From assembly GCF_009914755.1 (NCBI RefSeq), contig NC_060927.1: a stretch of DNA of 64,000 nt; one strand, written 5' to 3'. Origin of the DNA: the human T2T-CHM13v2.0 reference genome, Homo sapiens. The notes below the pieces were generated by a model. The model made no database searches. It was not told the origin of the DNA and saw nothing but the letters and a program-made list of their open reading frames with translations. The position numbers were made by a program, and so were the translations under genes. Positions 1-14,940 of the stretch are shown here, one piece after another. Numbering within the stretch: position 1 is the first letter of the stretch; each line of letters opens with the position of its first letter.

Positions 1-169
1 CGGTCCCATCCAACAAAGTTGTTTGACATGGCAGCAGATTCCTGGAGGCTGAATAGTGTCAAGCCTGGAAAAAAAATTCATTTGCTGTTGTTGAGGATAC
101 TGTAGGTCTCTGAAAACTTTTGAAAGATAAAGGAGGAAGAGGGGGAATAGAAATAATGGTGTAAGAAGA

Positions 170-830
170 AACAGTTTAAATTTTGAACATGTTGAACTTA
201 AGGTACTTGTAAAACATCAAGATGGAAGTGCCTAGCAGGGAAGTACGGTGCAAGGTTGGAGCTGAAAGAGTCCTTGACTAGAGATGTGGATACTGACATA
301 ATCACATGTAGATGAATGTTGGATGTTTGAGATAGTCTAAAGAGGATGCAGACTGAGGTGAGAAGAATGCTAAATGCAGAATCCTGGATTGTATCCCCTT
401 GGAAGAGTTTGAGAGTCTAGCAAAAGAGACTAAGGAAGATCTAAGTAAATCCAAGTTGGGAAAGAATTCCAAATAGAATGTGGTTGATAAGGAGGTCAAG
501 TAAGATGGGCATTAAAAGTAACTAGTTTTGGCAAGTAATGGGACATTGGTGATTATATCTGGCTAAGCCTTAGTGTAACTATGGAGACAGGAACCTGATT
601 GTAGTGGATTGAATAATAAATGGGTAGAGACAGGTCATCTTTGAGTGAAGACCATTCTTTTTAGGATCTTGAGTGTAAAAGGAAGGAGAGATACATACTA
701 GTGAGAAAAAGGCTTAAAAAATCAAGTGAAAAACTTGTGCATTTTGTATACACCATGGGGAAGGTCGCAGTGGAGTGGGGAAACAAAATATAGGAGAGAA
801 AGATTAATGACCTAGATTGCATAGAAAACA
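170..830 (-). mobile_element. L2 LINE relic
   Basis: Purine-rich degenerate match to antisense L2 motifs (ttttgaacatgttgaactt..gatggaagtgcctagcaggg..ggagctgaaagag..tagagatgtgga); boundaries approximate. Confidence 0.6.
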
Positions 831-894
831 AGGGAAAATTGGATTAAAAGTCTCCTGGCCTCCTGAATTGGAAATTTAAATAATTTAAGTGGTA

Positions 895-1017
895 TAAAGC
901 AAGGAATGCTATGAAACCATAAAAAGAATATTATTCTTTAGAATTGATATGGAAGAGTCTCCAACATATATTATGAATATGAAAAACAAGGCACATAGTG
1001 TATTTAGTATGCTACCA
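895..1017 (+). mobile_element. Old L1M (L1ME-like) 3' fragment
   Basis: ggaatgctatgaaaccataaaaagaat..gatatggaagagtctccaacatatatt resembles the L1M 3' end. Confidence 0.5.
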
Positions 1018-1112
1018 GGGTTATGATGAATGGCCAAGTGGATTGTGTACTCATATGTGAGTGATGCCCCTCTGGAATTGTGCTTTGTGTTGTACTATAG
1101 ATGAGATCCCCT
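1016..1112. mobile_element. Possible MER91-like hAT fossil
   Basis: Ends ccaggg...cccctg plus core gtgagtgatgcccctctggaattgtgc; highly diverged. Confidence 0.35.
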
Positions 1113-1298
1113 GATGTGAGTCAGCACCTCACATTACCTTTGTTGGAGGACACTTTTCATGATTCTCTGTCTTCCTTTGTTCTGGTCAATATTAACACGT
1201 ATAATTTTTTGATCATTTAATTTCCCACTTCTCTTATTTAAGAATACCGTACCAATCAGACTAATGGATCAGATTCTCTGCTCTGCTTCATAGCTATG

Positions 1299-1599
<301 letters not shown>

Positions 1600-2135
1600 A
1601 GCTATGTTTTTAATTTAAACATCAGTAAAGTGACCTTCTGATCATAATTTCGGTCTTCATGTCACTTGTTCATGGAAAGAGAATGCATTGGCATACTGGT
1701 GTGAGTATTTCTGCCTGATGGTTGAGCCTCTTATAAAAGAATATATTGTCATTCTGGTATATAATATCATCTTTGAGAACTTGATTTATGAGAGCCCAGC
1801 CCTTAAAGTCAGTGTGCTAATAAAACCACATTTCTCACCCTGTCTCTGAAAGCTAAAAGCCAGTTCCTAAATTGTGGTGAATTCAGTGAGCACAATTTTA
1901 CTTTGTGCATGCTCGGTGTAGGCAGTCATCTGGCCTTTTCCTGTTGATTTCCCTTTTCTATGTACCATTTCTATTTAAATGCAGTGGCTTGATGATCTCA
2001 GTCTTCTCTGTAAAGAAAGAGGAAAAGTCGTGTACATGAGAAAGTATGGGATAGCAGTGGGATGTGAATGTGTGGAATGGAGAAGAAATCTGAATTGGGG
2101 TATGAAAATGATTTTTGAGCCTCGTTACTGATGCA

Positions 2136-2233
2136 GTTAGGTTGTCCTGGTTTGCTAATGACTTCTGGTTTTTAAGTCTCACACTCCAGAAAATCCTTCA
2201 GTTTCAGGCAAACTGGGACCATTGGTCACCCTA
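2136..2233 (+). mobile_element. MER94 (hAT-Blackjack) fossil
   Basis: gtcctggtttgc...ggcaaactgggaccattggtcacccta terminal motif. Confidence 0.7.
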
Positions 2234-2685
2234 GATGTGGCTGACATAGAAGACTAAACATTTATCGAAAAACAAATCTATAGGATTTGGCGATTTTTTT
2301 TTTTTTTTCTAGAGAGCTTCTGCAGCCACCGGGTGGAACCATGAAGATGAATATTTGGATTGATCCTAGATCACAAGGAGGTTGCTGAAGAAAGATAATG
2401 GGTTGGGGATGTACAGATAGTTGAAATAATCTAGATAGAGCAGGGCAGGAGGTGGGCCAGATGGTCACATGTCTGGGTGACACCCTGGTTCTGTGTCTCC
2501 TGTACTGTGACGGGAGACAACACTAGGTGGAAAGCAGCAGACTGTCCTGACCAGGCAATCTTATTTTCCAAACAACTACAGCATGGAAGAGGGCTCCAGT
2601 AAGAAAATATAGGCAGCAGGAGCAGGAGACTTTCAAGCAAGAACACCAAATAGCAACCCTCTTCACATCATCCTTTAAGGTTTTG

Positions 2686-2740
2686 CAGAATCGTAGACTA
2701 TTGGAACTTGAAGGGACCTCAGCATTGTCCAGTTACTCCC
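2686..2740 (-). mobile_element. MIR 3' fragment
   Basis: cagaatcgtaga..ggaacttgaagggacctcag..gtccag matches antisense MIR3/MIRc tail. Confidence 0.5.
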
Positions 2741-3433
2741 TTGGACATTGAGGAAGGTAAAATACTTCCATTATAAGTGAGTATTTGAAGATTCATTAAC
2801 ATTTTCTCTGTAATTGTGAGAGTGATTAAAGCAATCACTGAATTAGAAGTTCAAGAAGAGAATAAAAATAACCACAACACAAACCGTTAGCCAGGCTATT
2901 GCCAGTGTCTCAACAATACGGCTCCAAAAACTTACCATTCCAACCCACTGCTAGAATATGACTGATCCTTGAACAACACAGGTTTGAACTGTGAAGTCCA
3001 CTTATATGGAATTTCCTCAACCAACGGCAGATCGAACATACAGTATTCGCAGGATGTGGAAACTCACGAATACAGAGGGCATGCTTTTTGTTTATGCTGG
3101 TGAGGGTTTTGGCAGATGTGAGTGTTCTGGACTCAATCCCTCATGCATACAGAGGAACAAATGCACTGTCAAACTTAGGAAAAGTAAGACTAATTCTACA
3201 CACTATATAAACTAAGATTCAGCATTGTCCAGTTACTCCCTTGGACACTGGGGGAGGTAAAATACTTCCATTATAAGTGAGGATGTAAAGATTCATTAAC
3301 ATTTTCTCTGTAATTGTGAGAGTGATTAAAGCAATCACTGAATGAGCAGTTCAATTTAGCTAAGAAGAGAACAAAAATAATCACAACACAAACTGTTAGC
3401 CAGGTTATTTCCAGTGTCTCAACAACATGGCTC
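2719..3433. repeat. ~205-bp direct duplication (2719-2924 and 3219-3433) with ~295-bp spacer
   Basis: Copies align end to end, 500 bp apart; by hand about 15 substitutions and one 9-bp indel. Confidence 0.95.
2959..3163 (-). mobile_element. MER8 (TcMar-Tigger) fossil
   Basis: ccttgaacaacacaggtttgaactg..tacagtattcgcaggatg..atacagagggc..aatccc..atacagaggaacaaatg. Confidence 0.8.
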
Positions 3434-3544
3434 AATCATATAACTACCGATAAAAGAGTGATGAGTGTTTCAAAGAATAAATTCACTGGTCAATACCGAA
3501 TTATCTTGTGATCAATGTGTCTAAAATACTATCTGAGTTGCTAT

Positions 3545-3650
3545 TAAATTCAATTCAGAGACAATTATTAAGTTTCTATAACTGTAGGCCAATACTTAGA
3601 TGCCGTAGGACAGAATTAACACACCACTTGGCCTGCATGGGTTACCTAGT
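3545..3650 (-). mobile_element. L2 3' fragment
   Basis: attcaattca..attattaag..ctataactgtaggcca..tagatgc antisense L2 tail. Confidence 0.4.
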
Positions 3651-4126
3651 ATAGTAGGCAGAATAACACCCTCCCAAAGATGTCCAGTCCTAATTGCCAG
3701 AATGTAGGAATATGTTATGTTACACAGCAATGTGAAATTTAGGTTACTAATCAGCTGACTTTAAAATAAGATTATCCTGGATTACATGGTGGATGCTGTG
3801 TAAACAAGGCTTCTTAAATGATGGACTGAAGAGGCAGAAGAGTCACTGCCAAAGTGATGCAATGTGAGAAAGCCATTGCTGGCTTTGAAGATGGAAGGAG
3901 GCCATGAGTCAAGAAAGGCAGTGAAACTCTAGAAGCTGGAAAAGGCAAGGAAATACATTCTTACCTGCAGTCTCCAGAAAGAATGCGGCCCTGCTGACAC
4001 CTTGTTTAATGCAGTAAGACCCATTTTGGATTTCTGATCTCCAGAACTGTGAGATGATAAATTTGTGTTGTTTGGAGCCGCTGACTTTGTGCTAATTTGC
4101 TACAGCAGCAATAAGAAATTAATACA
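3651..4126 (+). mobile_element. MLT1D-type MaLR solo LTR
   Basis: ggcagaataa..ccaaagatgtcc start; ctagaagctggaaaaggcaagga; ccagaactgtgagatgataaatttgtgttg..cagcagcaataagaaattaataca end. Confidence 0.85.
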
Positions 4127-4364
4127 GAAAATAACATAAAGCAATAAAGGTGAGACATAGAGACAATATGGAATGGTGGGTACCGTGGCCATCTGGAGAG
4201 TGCCTGCACAACACGCAGTTCTGATTCAGCTCTAGCCAATATTTCTTTGAGGAAATAAGGGCTCAGAGTTACCAAATTCTATTTTTATTTTTCAAAATAA
4301 AATGAATATCCCGACTTATATAAAAGTGACTGTTTCTATTTAATTATTTGCACTATTTTAAGTT

Positions 4365-4745
4365 AAAAATCTCTTAAACATGTATGCAAATAGATGTGGA
4401 TGAGAATGTTCATTTCAGTGCTGTCTGTGGTAGCAAAGAATTGGAAACAAATGAAATGTCTATAAAATATGAGTATAAATAAATATAAATATATGATACA
4501 AATGCATACTTTAGTCAAAAACAATGAATTGTATATTCTATATGTGTTAAGTAGAAGTGTAAACAGAATGAGATATACAGCATGACACTTCATTTGTTTG
4601 GATACAAATATACTCATAAATATATATATAGTTTGTGGGTGCTTATAATGTAAAAATAAAGTTAGGAAAGTGAATTAGAAAAAATTCACATTAATTACAT
4701 TAAAATGGGTCTGTATGGGGGGATTAAAGAGAGGAATATGATCTG
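4365..4745 (+). mobile_element. Old L1M (L1ME-like) 3' fragment
   Basis: gaatgttcatttcagtgctgtctgtggtagcaaagaattggaaacaaatgaaatgtc is the L1M ORF2-end motif. Confidence 0.6.
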
Positions 4746-4974
4746 GGATGATAGCTGACAGAAAGCTAGGATGCAGGAGATGACAATAGAAGGTCTATGC
4801 ACGGACTGATGATGATGATGAACTATGAGCTGGTGCCCCACCCAATTTTGATCACTGTATAGGCTGGAGCACAGAAGACAGTGGATCTAGTCGGAGTCAT
4901 GCCCACTGGGGATTCAAAGAAAACCAAGATGTAGACCCTCCCTTCAAAATTTTGCAGAGAACTGAGGAAAAACA

Positions 4975-5148
4975 GGCTGGGTACAGTGGCTCACACTGTG
5001 GTGTAAGTACTAAGTACTCTTAGTACTTAGGGAGGCTAGGGAGGGAAAATTTCTTAAAGTCAGGAGTTCTGAGGTTATAGCAAGCTGTGATCGTGCCACT
5101 GCACTGCAGCCTGGGTGGCAGAGGGAAACCCTGTCTCTTAAAAGAAAG
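4975..5148 (+). mobile_element. Alu monomer (FAM/FRAM-like) with internal palindromic insertion
   Basis: ggctgggtacagtggctcaca...gtgccactgcactgcagcctgggtggcagagggaaaccctgtctc plus A tail. Confidence 0.8.
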
Positions 5149-5197
5149 ATATATAAACGAAGCAGAAAAAAAGTGGAATTATTGAAAAGTGAACAAG

Positions 5198-5290
5198 TTT
5201 CATTTATTCATTCATTTATTCAACATTCATTCAAATATTTATTAAGCTCCTTCTATGTTCCCAGCAGTTTGTTTAATCACAGTGTCTGTG
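5198..5290 (-). mobile_element. L2 3' end
   Basis: (ttca)n followed by caaatatttattaagctccttctatgttcccagca. Confidence 0.7.
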
Positions 5291-5344
5291 TAGTATAGGA
5301 TATGGTTGTAAAAGTAGTAAAAGCTGTGTTTAATTTTGTTTTTC

Positions 5345-5525
5345 TATTCCCTCTAGATTCCACCCCAAGAATAGGACCCATAATAGTGGCATGGCAGTTA
5401 GCCTTTCTGAGCCTCAGATTCCTCATTGGTATAAAGAATATCACTCCTGTTGTATCTTATCTATGTAGGATTGTTGTGAGAAAATAAATGGAAGAGTTCT
5501 TGTGAAGTGTTCTACAGATGGAAGA
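5345..5525 (+). mobile_element. MIR
   Basis: ctttctgagcctcagattcctcat..ggattgttgtgagaaaataaatg core. Confidence 0.65.
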
Positions 5526-7264
5526 CACTTAAACTGGGGTTCCTTTCCTCTTTTTGCATATTTCTCCCCCCTCACCTTCACTTTTCTTCTAACTTGCTGC
5601 TGCCACTATCTGGCCCAGTCCCTTATTGCTGGTGCCTAAATCACTGCAATGGACACTCGGTCTTCCCTTTTAATGTGGTTTATGATTAAAGCAAGACAGA
5701 CAGTCCTAAAATACCTCCTTCATCAGCAAATCATAAACTTATAACCTATTAAGGTAGGAAGGGATTTAAATGCCTTCCTCAGTCTTGTGCACGTTGTAGG
5801 AAACCCAGGAGGTTCACCTTGGAGGCTTGCTCTTTGTATCTGTTTCCATCATTCCCATTAAATTTTTCTAAATTGCCTATTGTGGTAAGTGTGTGGCCAT
5901 AGTTTCCCTTTGTTCTACAGAATTCCTTTATCCATGTTCCACCAACTGATAACAATATTCTCACGCATAGGCAGTTTCAAAGATTCATTTGTGGAAAAAG
6001 CTTTCCCAGAATAGAAGTATTCATGTTGTGATGTTTCTAAGAAAAAAAATGTTATTCCTGATAATAGGCCTCAGAATGTCTGCCTAATTCCCACTGATAC
6101 ACATCTGTTTCATAAAGAGACTTCTCTTTGGAATCAGTAGGGTTTTAGAGCAACTCATCAAAGGAAATATGAAAATCAAGTTGGGAGCAAACTTTCACTT
6201 TGGAGCCAAATACCTCCATCACAGTAATAAAACAATCCATATGTTGGGATTTATTAGCTCTTATTGATAATTTAACAACATTAAACTCCTGATGAAATGA
6301 AACATCTACCTAAAAGTTATGAAGAGATGGATCTGTTTCATAGTTGAATTTTTTGAGTATTTTTTGGTGTTAAAGCAATACATGATTATAGGAGGATGTT
6401 AGCTATAAACTGAAGCTGTTTCCTGGAGGGAATGAATTTTGCAATAACTCCCATTCAACTGAAGTTCTCTGCAAACCAAGAAAGAGTTGAATTTCTCATA
6501 TTTACTTTTTATCATGTGAAAATTGCTACTGCATTGTGAGTGTTATAGATATTTGGGAAAGAAGAATGGGGCATTATTAGAACTATATCCTTGGGGTATA
6601 ATTAAACATAACTAATAAGAGATGAACGAAATGGCTTCATACTGAAAAAGCAATGTCTGAGAATTATTATCAGTAACATGCCACTAAAACAAAAGGCTTG
6701 ACTGATTAGAATCAGTGGGAGTTTGGCTACATAAAAATTCTTTTATTAGAAATTATGCAAAGAAGGGAGACAGGAAGTAACTGTGGTGTTAAGGTAAGCT
6801 GTGCTGATTGGTAAGGAACACATTCCAAGGAAATAATGAAAGGGTGAAAAAGCATTAACAGACCCCTTGGAGATTCATTACACATCAATTTATTTTTCTA
6901 AAGCACTCACTGTGCTTTGCAAAGTATATTACTCGTGGACCTCTGTGGCATTCGGTTAGGGGCAAATATTATAAAGAGAAGTAAAACTACTCAAGTTTTG
7001 ACTCATCTGTGGATGCAGTAAGTTGAAAGTAAAGTTTGGACTTGAATCAATTGTCAAATGTGATTTTTGAAATACTTTTTGTACCAACTGAGAATTCACT
7101 TCACAAAACTTTTAAATTATAGTCCTTTTGGCTTCCCTGTATATTTGTTCTGACAATATAAATTATTTTTATCTCAAAATACTTAGAAGATAAAAGAAAT
7201 TAACCCAAGTGATTAGGGCAATAAAACATAATTTAATTTTTGTGATCATATCTTTCAGAATCTG

Positions 7265-7699
7265 GGTTAATTAAAATATATTTTTGTTATTATAACAAAG
7301 TAAATCATGCACATAATAAAACATTTGAACAGTATGTAATTAGTTTAAAATGAAAAGTAAAAACATATCTTTCTCCGCCTCCTATTTCCACTTTCTAGAG
7401 GTTAACTATAACTTTTAATGTATTCTTTTGGAAAATTTTTATGCTCCTGTAAGGGCATTTTACTATGGTTACCCAGGCTTTTAAAATTCCGTATCCTTTT
7501 GATTATACAAGTCGAATGATTATATGCATGCTCTTTTGTACCTTGCCTTTTTCACTTGCCAGAATATGTTATTAGTTTTATCTTTCCAAATCAGTGCATT
7601 GAGACCAATCTCTTTTCAAATGGTGGCACGTTATTGCATTTGTGTTTTTACCATAATTATTTAACCAGTTCTGTATTGGTGAACAGGTTGTTCTTCCTG

Positions 7700-7735
<36 letters not shown>

Positions 7736-9290
7736 ATGTTCATTCATGAACATGTGCCCTCACAATGCTGTGATGGATTATTTTGTATATGTCTTTACAT
7801 GCTTATGTAAATATAACTGGAAGAAAAATTCTTACTTGCAGGATTGCCTCACCAAATGGAGCATGTGTATATTACATTTAACTAGATTATTTCCAAATTG
7901 TTCTTTACTGAACTGTATCAGCATCTTCTATCTAAAAAATGTGCAGGAAACTGTTTCCTAACACCCTCAATGAAATTGTGTATTATCAAACTATCTGAGA
8001 GCGAACAGTAGTATCCTATTGCTATATATTGTATATCTTTAATAAGGAGTGAGATTGGGGAATCTTTTCCTGTATTTATTTCTCATTTAACTTCTTTTTC
8101 TCTGAAATGTTAGTTCATGCCCTTGGACTACTTTTTTGAGAGATTGCTTAACTACTTTTATTGATTTGACAGACCTTTTTATATATTAAGAAAATTATTC
8201 ATATTCTCTCAAAAGTTTTGGAAATACTTTTCTTAATAAGTTCTTTGTATTTTGACCTTGTAATAATTATTTTTTCACATAAAATTTGAAATTTTTGTAA
8301 ACCAACATTGATGAAATCCTTCTTTTAGGGTTTCTGGGGTTTGTGTGATGTTTAGAAATGTTTTTCTCACTCCATATTTATAAATATATTCACTCATATT
8401 TTATTCAAGTTCTCCTGTATTTTAACTTTGTTTACATTTAAATTTTTATTCCATCTAGAATATATTTGTAGAAAGGAATAAAGTCAGAAGTTATTTTAAT
8501 TATTTTTTTTCGAAGGACCAGTTAGTGGTCTTAACTTATTGAATAATTAATCATTTTCTTAATGAAGTAAAATTCTGTGTTTATTAAAAAAATGAAATTC
8601 CCTTGCATATTTAGCTTTATTTTGACTCTCCATTCTGTCCCTTTCATCTATGTATATTCCTGTGCTCACAACAAACAATTTCAATAATAGTAGCTTAAAG
8701 AATGGTAACTATGTAGTGGGGCTAGTTCCTTCTCATTATTCTTTCACAGTGTTTTCTTAGCTGGACAAGTATGTTCATGTTTCTTGATGACCTTGATCAT
8801 CATTAAGGGACACTGCAAATTAATTCAATAGGATTACATTGATTTCATAGGTTAGCTTGGGGGAGAAGTGACATCTTTACAATGTGGAGATTTCTTCATA
8901 TAAATCATATGGGTTTGTGTTATGTTTACTTTTAGTTCTCCCCCTTTTTTGGCTATTGTTAATAAGGTATTTTCTTCCACTATATTTTCAGTTTTTTTGT
9001 GTTTAAATATGAGATTGGCTTGCAGTATTGTATGTCTGTGTCTGAACTATTATCTATCCATCTAGGTTAATAATTTTTGTATTTTGCAGCTTATTCTTTG
9101 TAATAAGATTTTGAAATTTTGCCTTATTTTCCATGCTTTTGAAATCTTTAGCCTCAGAATGTTTCTTGAAGTTTTGATAAAATTTATATTACCTGGGCAA
9201 TAATTACGTTCACATTTTCAAATGTGTTTGCACACTATAAAACAATGTATTGTCCTGTAATTCAATGTTTTTTGTGTGTTTAGGTCCTGT
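7265..9290 (-). mobile_element. Old L1M (L1ME-like) 3' region
   Basis: T-rich antisense L1M motifs (aattatttaaccagttct, gattatttccaaattg, aggattacattgatttcataggttagcttgggggagaagtgacatc). Confidence 0.65.
7701..7734. repeat. (TG)17 microsatellite
   Basis: Read directly. Confidence 0.95.
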
Positions 9291-9580
9291 ATTTATTTTA
9301 TTTTATTGCTTCAATTTTATTTAATTTTATTATTTTTATTTACTTTATTGATACATATTAGATGTATATATTTTTTGGGTACATGTGATAATTTGATACA
9401 TTCATATAATCAAGTTAGAATAATTGGGATATCCATCACCATAAACATTTACCTTTTATTTATGCTAGGAACACTCCAATTCACTTAGAAGAAATGATAC
9501 CTGGTGTTCAATAGATCAGTAGGGTGACTATAGTTAGCATTATTCAATTGTACATTTCAAAATAGCTACAAGAGAATAAT
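9290..9580 (-). mobile_element. Short L1MA (MA5/6-like) 3' end with 5' inversion
   Basis: Antisense 3' end from T-rich tail to ~9482, then sense segment ~9485-9580 of the adjacent consensus region. Confidence 0.75.
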
Positions 9581-9783
9581 AAAAAATTAGCCAGGTATGG
9601 TGGCATATGCCTGTAAAAATTTAAAAACGTTAAATAGTAATAATAAGTTCCAGCTACTAAGGAGGCTGAGGTGGGAAGATCATTTGAGCCTAGCAGCTTG
9701 AGGTTGCCATGAACACACCACTGCACTCTAGCCTGCGTGAAAAGAGTGAGACCCTGTCTCAGAAAACCATATTTTTAAAAAAA
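9581..9783 (+). mobile_element. AluJ-type right arm / FRAM, 5'-truncated
   Basis: aaaaattagccagg..gagtgagaccctgtctc; flanked by agaataat on both sides; ~30-bp AT-rich insert. Confidence 0.8.
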
Positions 9784-10374
9784 GAATAATTCAAGTAAAT
9801 TGAATATTCTGTATTTTAAATTGTCCATTTGTATGTTTTTTTAAAAATCTTGATTAGTTTAAGTACTTTTAAAATTTGCTTCATTTGATTTTTAAATGAC
9901 TCAACCCCTGGATATATTCCCTTGCCTAATTTATCCTTTTTCTATTTAACTTTTTAAAATTTTTGTTCATTTTATAACTTTTTGGTTGTTATTAATTTTA
10001 TTTTTCCTTGCTTAGTAATACATTTTAGACCATGATTGTTTATTAGAACTTTGCCATAGCTGTGTTCGTAGATTTCAATGTACACAGCATACACAATAGT
10101 TATTTATCAGATATGCTATAATCTACATTTTTTATCACAAAATTTTAACTGGTTGGAGTTTTCTTTTTGTTTCATTTTGCTTTCTGTTATATGTGTTTCT
10201 TTTATTGTGTTATAGCCAGAGAATATTCCTGTACAATTTACACTTTGTGTAAGTTATTGTGATTTTTCTTGATGGCTTAAATAAATCAGTTTTTGTAAAT
10301 GTTCCATGGGCCCTGGGAAAAAAAAAAAAGAGGCATTCTCTTTTTGGTAGACATAGAATTCAGTGAAATCATTA

Positions 10375-11265
<891 letters not shown>

Positions 11266-11291
11266 ACAATTACCCATTAAACTTGTTTTAT

Positions 11292-13200
<1,909 letters not shown>

Positions 13201-13220
13201 TCAACGATGGTATGGGGAGG

Positions 13221-13571
13221 TGTTATGAACTAAATGCTTGTGTCCTTCAACAAATGCGTATGTTGCAACCCTACCCCCAATGTGATAGTATTAGGAGGTG
13301 GGGTCTTTGGGTGGTTTTTAGGATTAAATGAGGTAATGACAGTGGAGCCCTCCTAGTGTCCTAAGAGAGCTTGCTTCCCATCTCTGCTATGTAAGGACAC
13401 AGCAAGAAGGCATCATCTATGAACCAGGAAGTGGGCCCTCACTAGACACAGAATCTGCCAGAACCTTGGTGTTAGACTTCCCAGGCACCAGAACTATGAG
13501 AAATAAATGTTTGTTGTTCAAGCCATCCAGTCTATGAGTGATATTTTGTTATAGCAGTCCAAGCTAAGACA
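13221..13571 (+). mobile_element. MLT1A-type MaLR solo LTR
   Basis: TG...CA ends, 5-bp TSD ggagg, ccagaactatgagaaataaatgtttgttgttcaagcca. Confidence 0.9.
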
Positions 13572-14329
13572 GGAGGGCAGGGGAATGATACAGTCTTGGA
13601 TTGTAATCGCAAACAGATTCCTACCAAAATTTCTCCATCACCTTTCCTCTGAGGTAGATCTCCCTCTAGTTTGTAAGCTCTTCTTTTCTGGGGATGAGCA
13701 GGAGTTCCTTGAGGGTTGCAGGGAAGCTGGCATGTCATAAATCCTCCATGTGCTAGTCTAGCATGTATATTTAAAAATCTGCACATATAACTTCAGCCAG
13801 CAGTAGAACTGCAGTTACCACTTCCCGTCTCTTCTATTCTCTGTCACTCCTCTGGCCTGCTTCCCCACTTGTGAGGCACTATTGTTTTTGGCAGATGTTC
13901 TTCCTAGTTCAAGGTTTGAATTTGTGGTGCGTTTTCAGTTTCATTAGAGATGATGTTGTCTTCACATTTTGTTGCTTTCAGTGTGCTTTGGGGAGAACTG
14001 GTAAACAAAAATCATTTATTCCTTTAACTTTAATTGAAAATCCCCACACAAGTGGTTTATTGTTTTTGCAGTCTAAAGCAATCTCATTAAGAGTGATTTG
14101 AAAGGATTCCCAGTGACTCTATTGTGTGATAAATTTATGAAAATACAAATCTACTAGGGCATCACCAAAGTCACTGAGAAGACTAGGAGTTTTCAGCTAG
14201 CAAGAGTCCATTCAAGGTCATATTCCCAAAACATTTGTTCCCGAATCATTAACTCATAAAATGGCAGGTTGGAATGTGTACCAGCAAAGTTGGGGATGAG
14301 ACTAGCAAGCTGCAATTTCGGCCTAATTA

Positions 14330-14500
14330 GTTTTGACATTATTTAGTAGGAAATGAGGGAGCCATTGAAGTCTTTACCAGGGAAGTCATTTGATTACAAC
14401 TCTGTTTGAGAAAGATGGATTGGAGAGACGAGAGAGAAAGGAGTAACAGAGAGGGCACTGGTTAAGAGGCTGCTGCCGTCAGTCAGCCAAGAGGTAATAT
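14330..14500 (-). mobile_element. L2 fragment
   Basis: aatgagggagccattgaag..ggttaagaggctgctg..gccaagaggtaat. Confidence 0.6.
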
Positions 14501-14812
14501 CTTTTGTAGTTCGTGTTGTTTCTTACTCACTACTCTAGATCCTGTGTTAAATAGAGAATAAAAAGAGAAAACTGTTACTTATATCTTGGCCAGCTCTGTG
14601 TTGTTAATGGCATTTCTCTCAATGCCTCACTGCTTGTCCATTATTGAAATACAGTAATTCTTAGTCAGATATAGTTGATAACTACCTGAAATACATATAA
14701 TGATACATTTATTTATGGTACATTCCTACTTTGGAAAATGCACTTTTGGACATTTGAGAAGAAATGAGGAGTACAACATTGTTTTACCCTCAAAAAGTTT
14801 GCATTTTATAAT

Positions 14813-14940
14813 GTGATTGGCAGAATAATAGCCCCCAAAAGATTTCTATGTCTAATACTCCAGAATGTGTGAATATGTACCTTACTTGGCAAAGAAACTA
14901 TCCAGATGTGATTAAGGTTAAGAACTTTGAGATGAGGATG
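14813..14940 (+). mobile_element. MLT1D-type LTR 5' fragment
   Basis: tgtgattggcagaataatagcccccaaaagat..cagatgtgattaaggttaagaactttgagatg. Confidence 0.75.

Noticed and set aside
7556-7961. CVCVCV / YIYIYI / HTHT-containing ORFs (also 15350-15565)
   Set aside because: Translations of dinucleotide microsatellites
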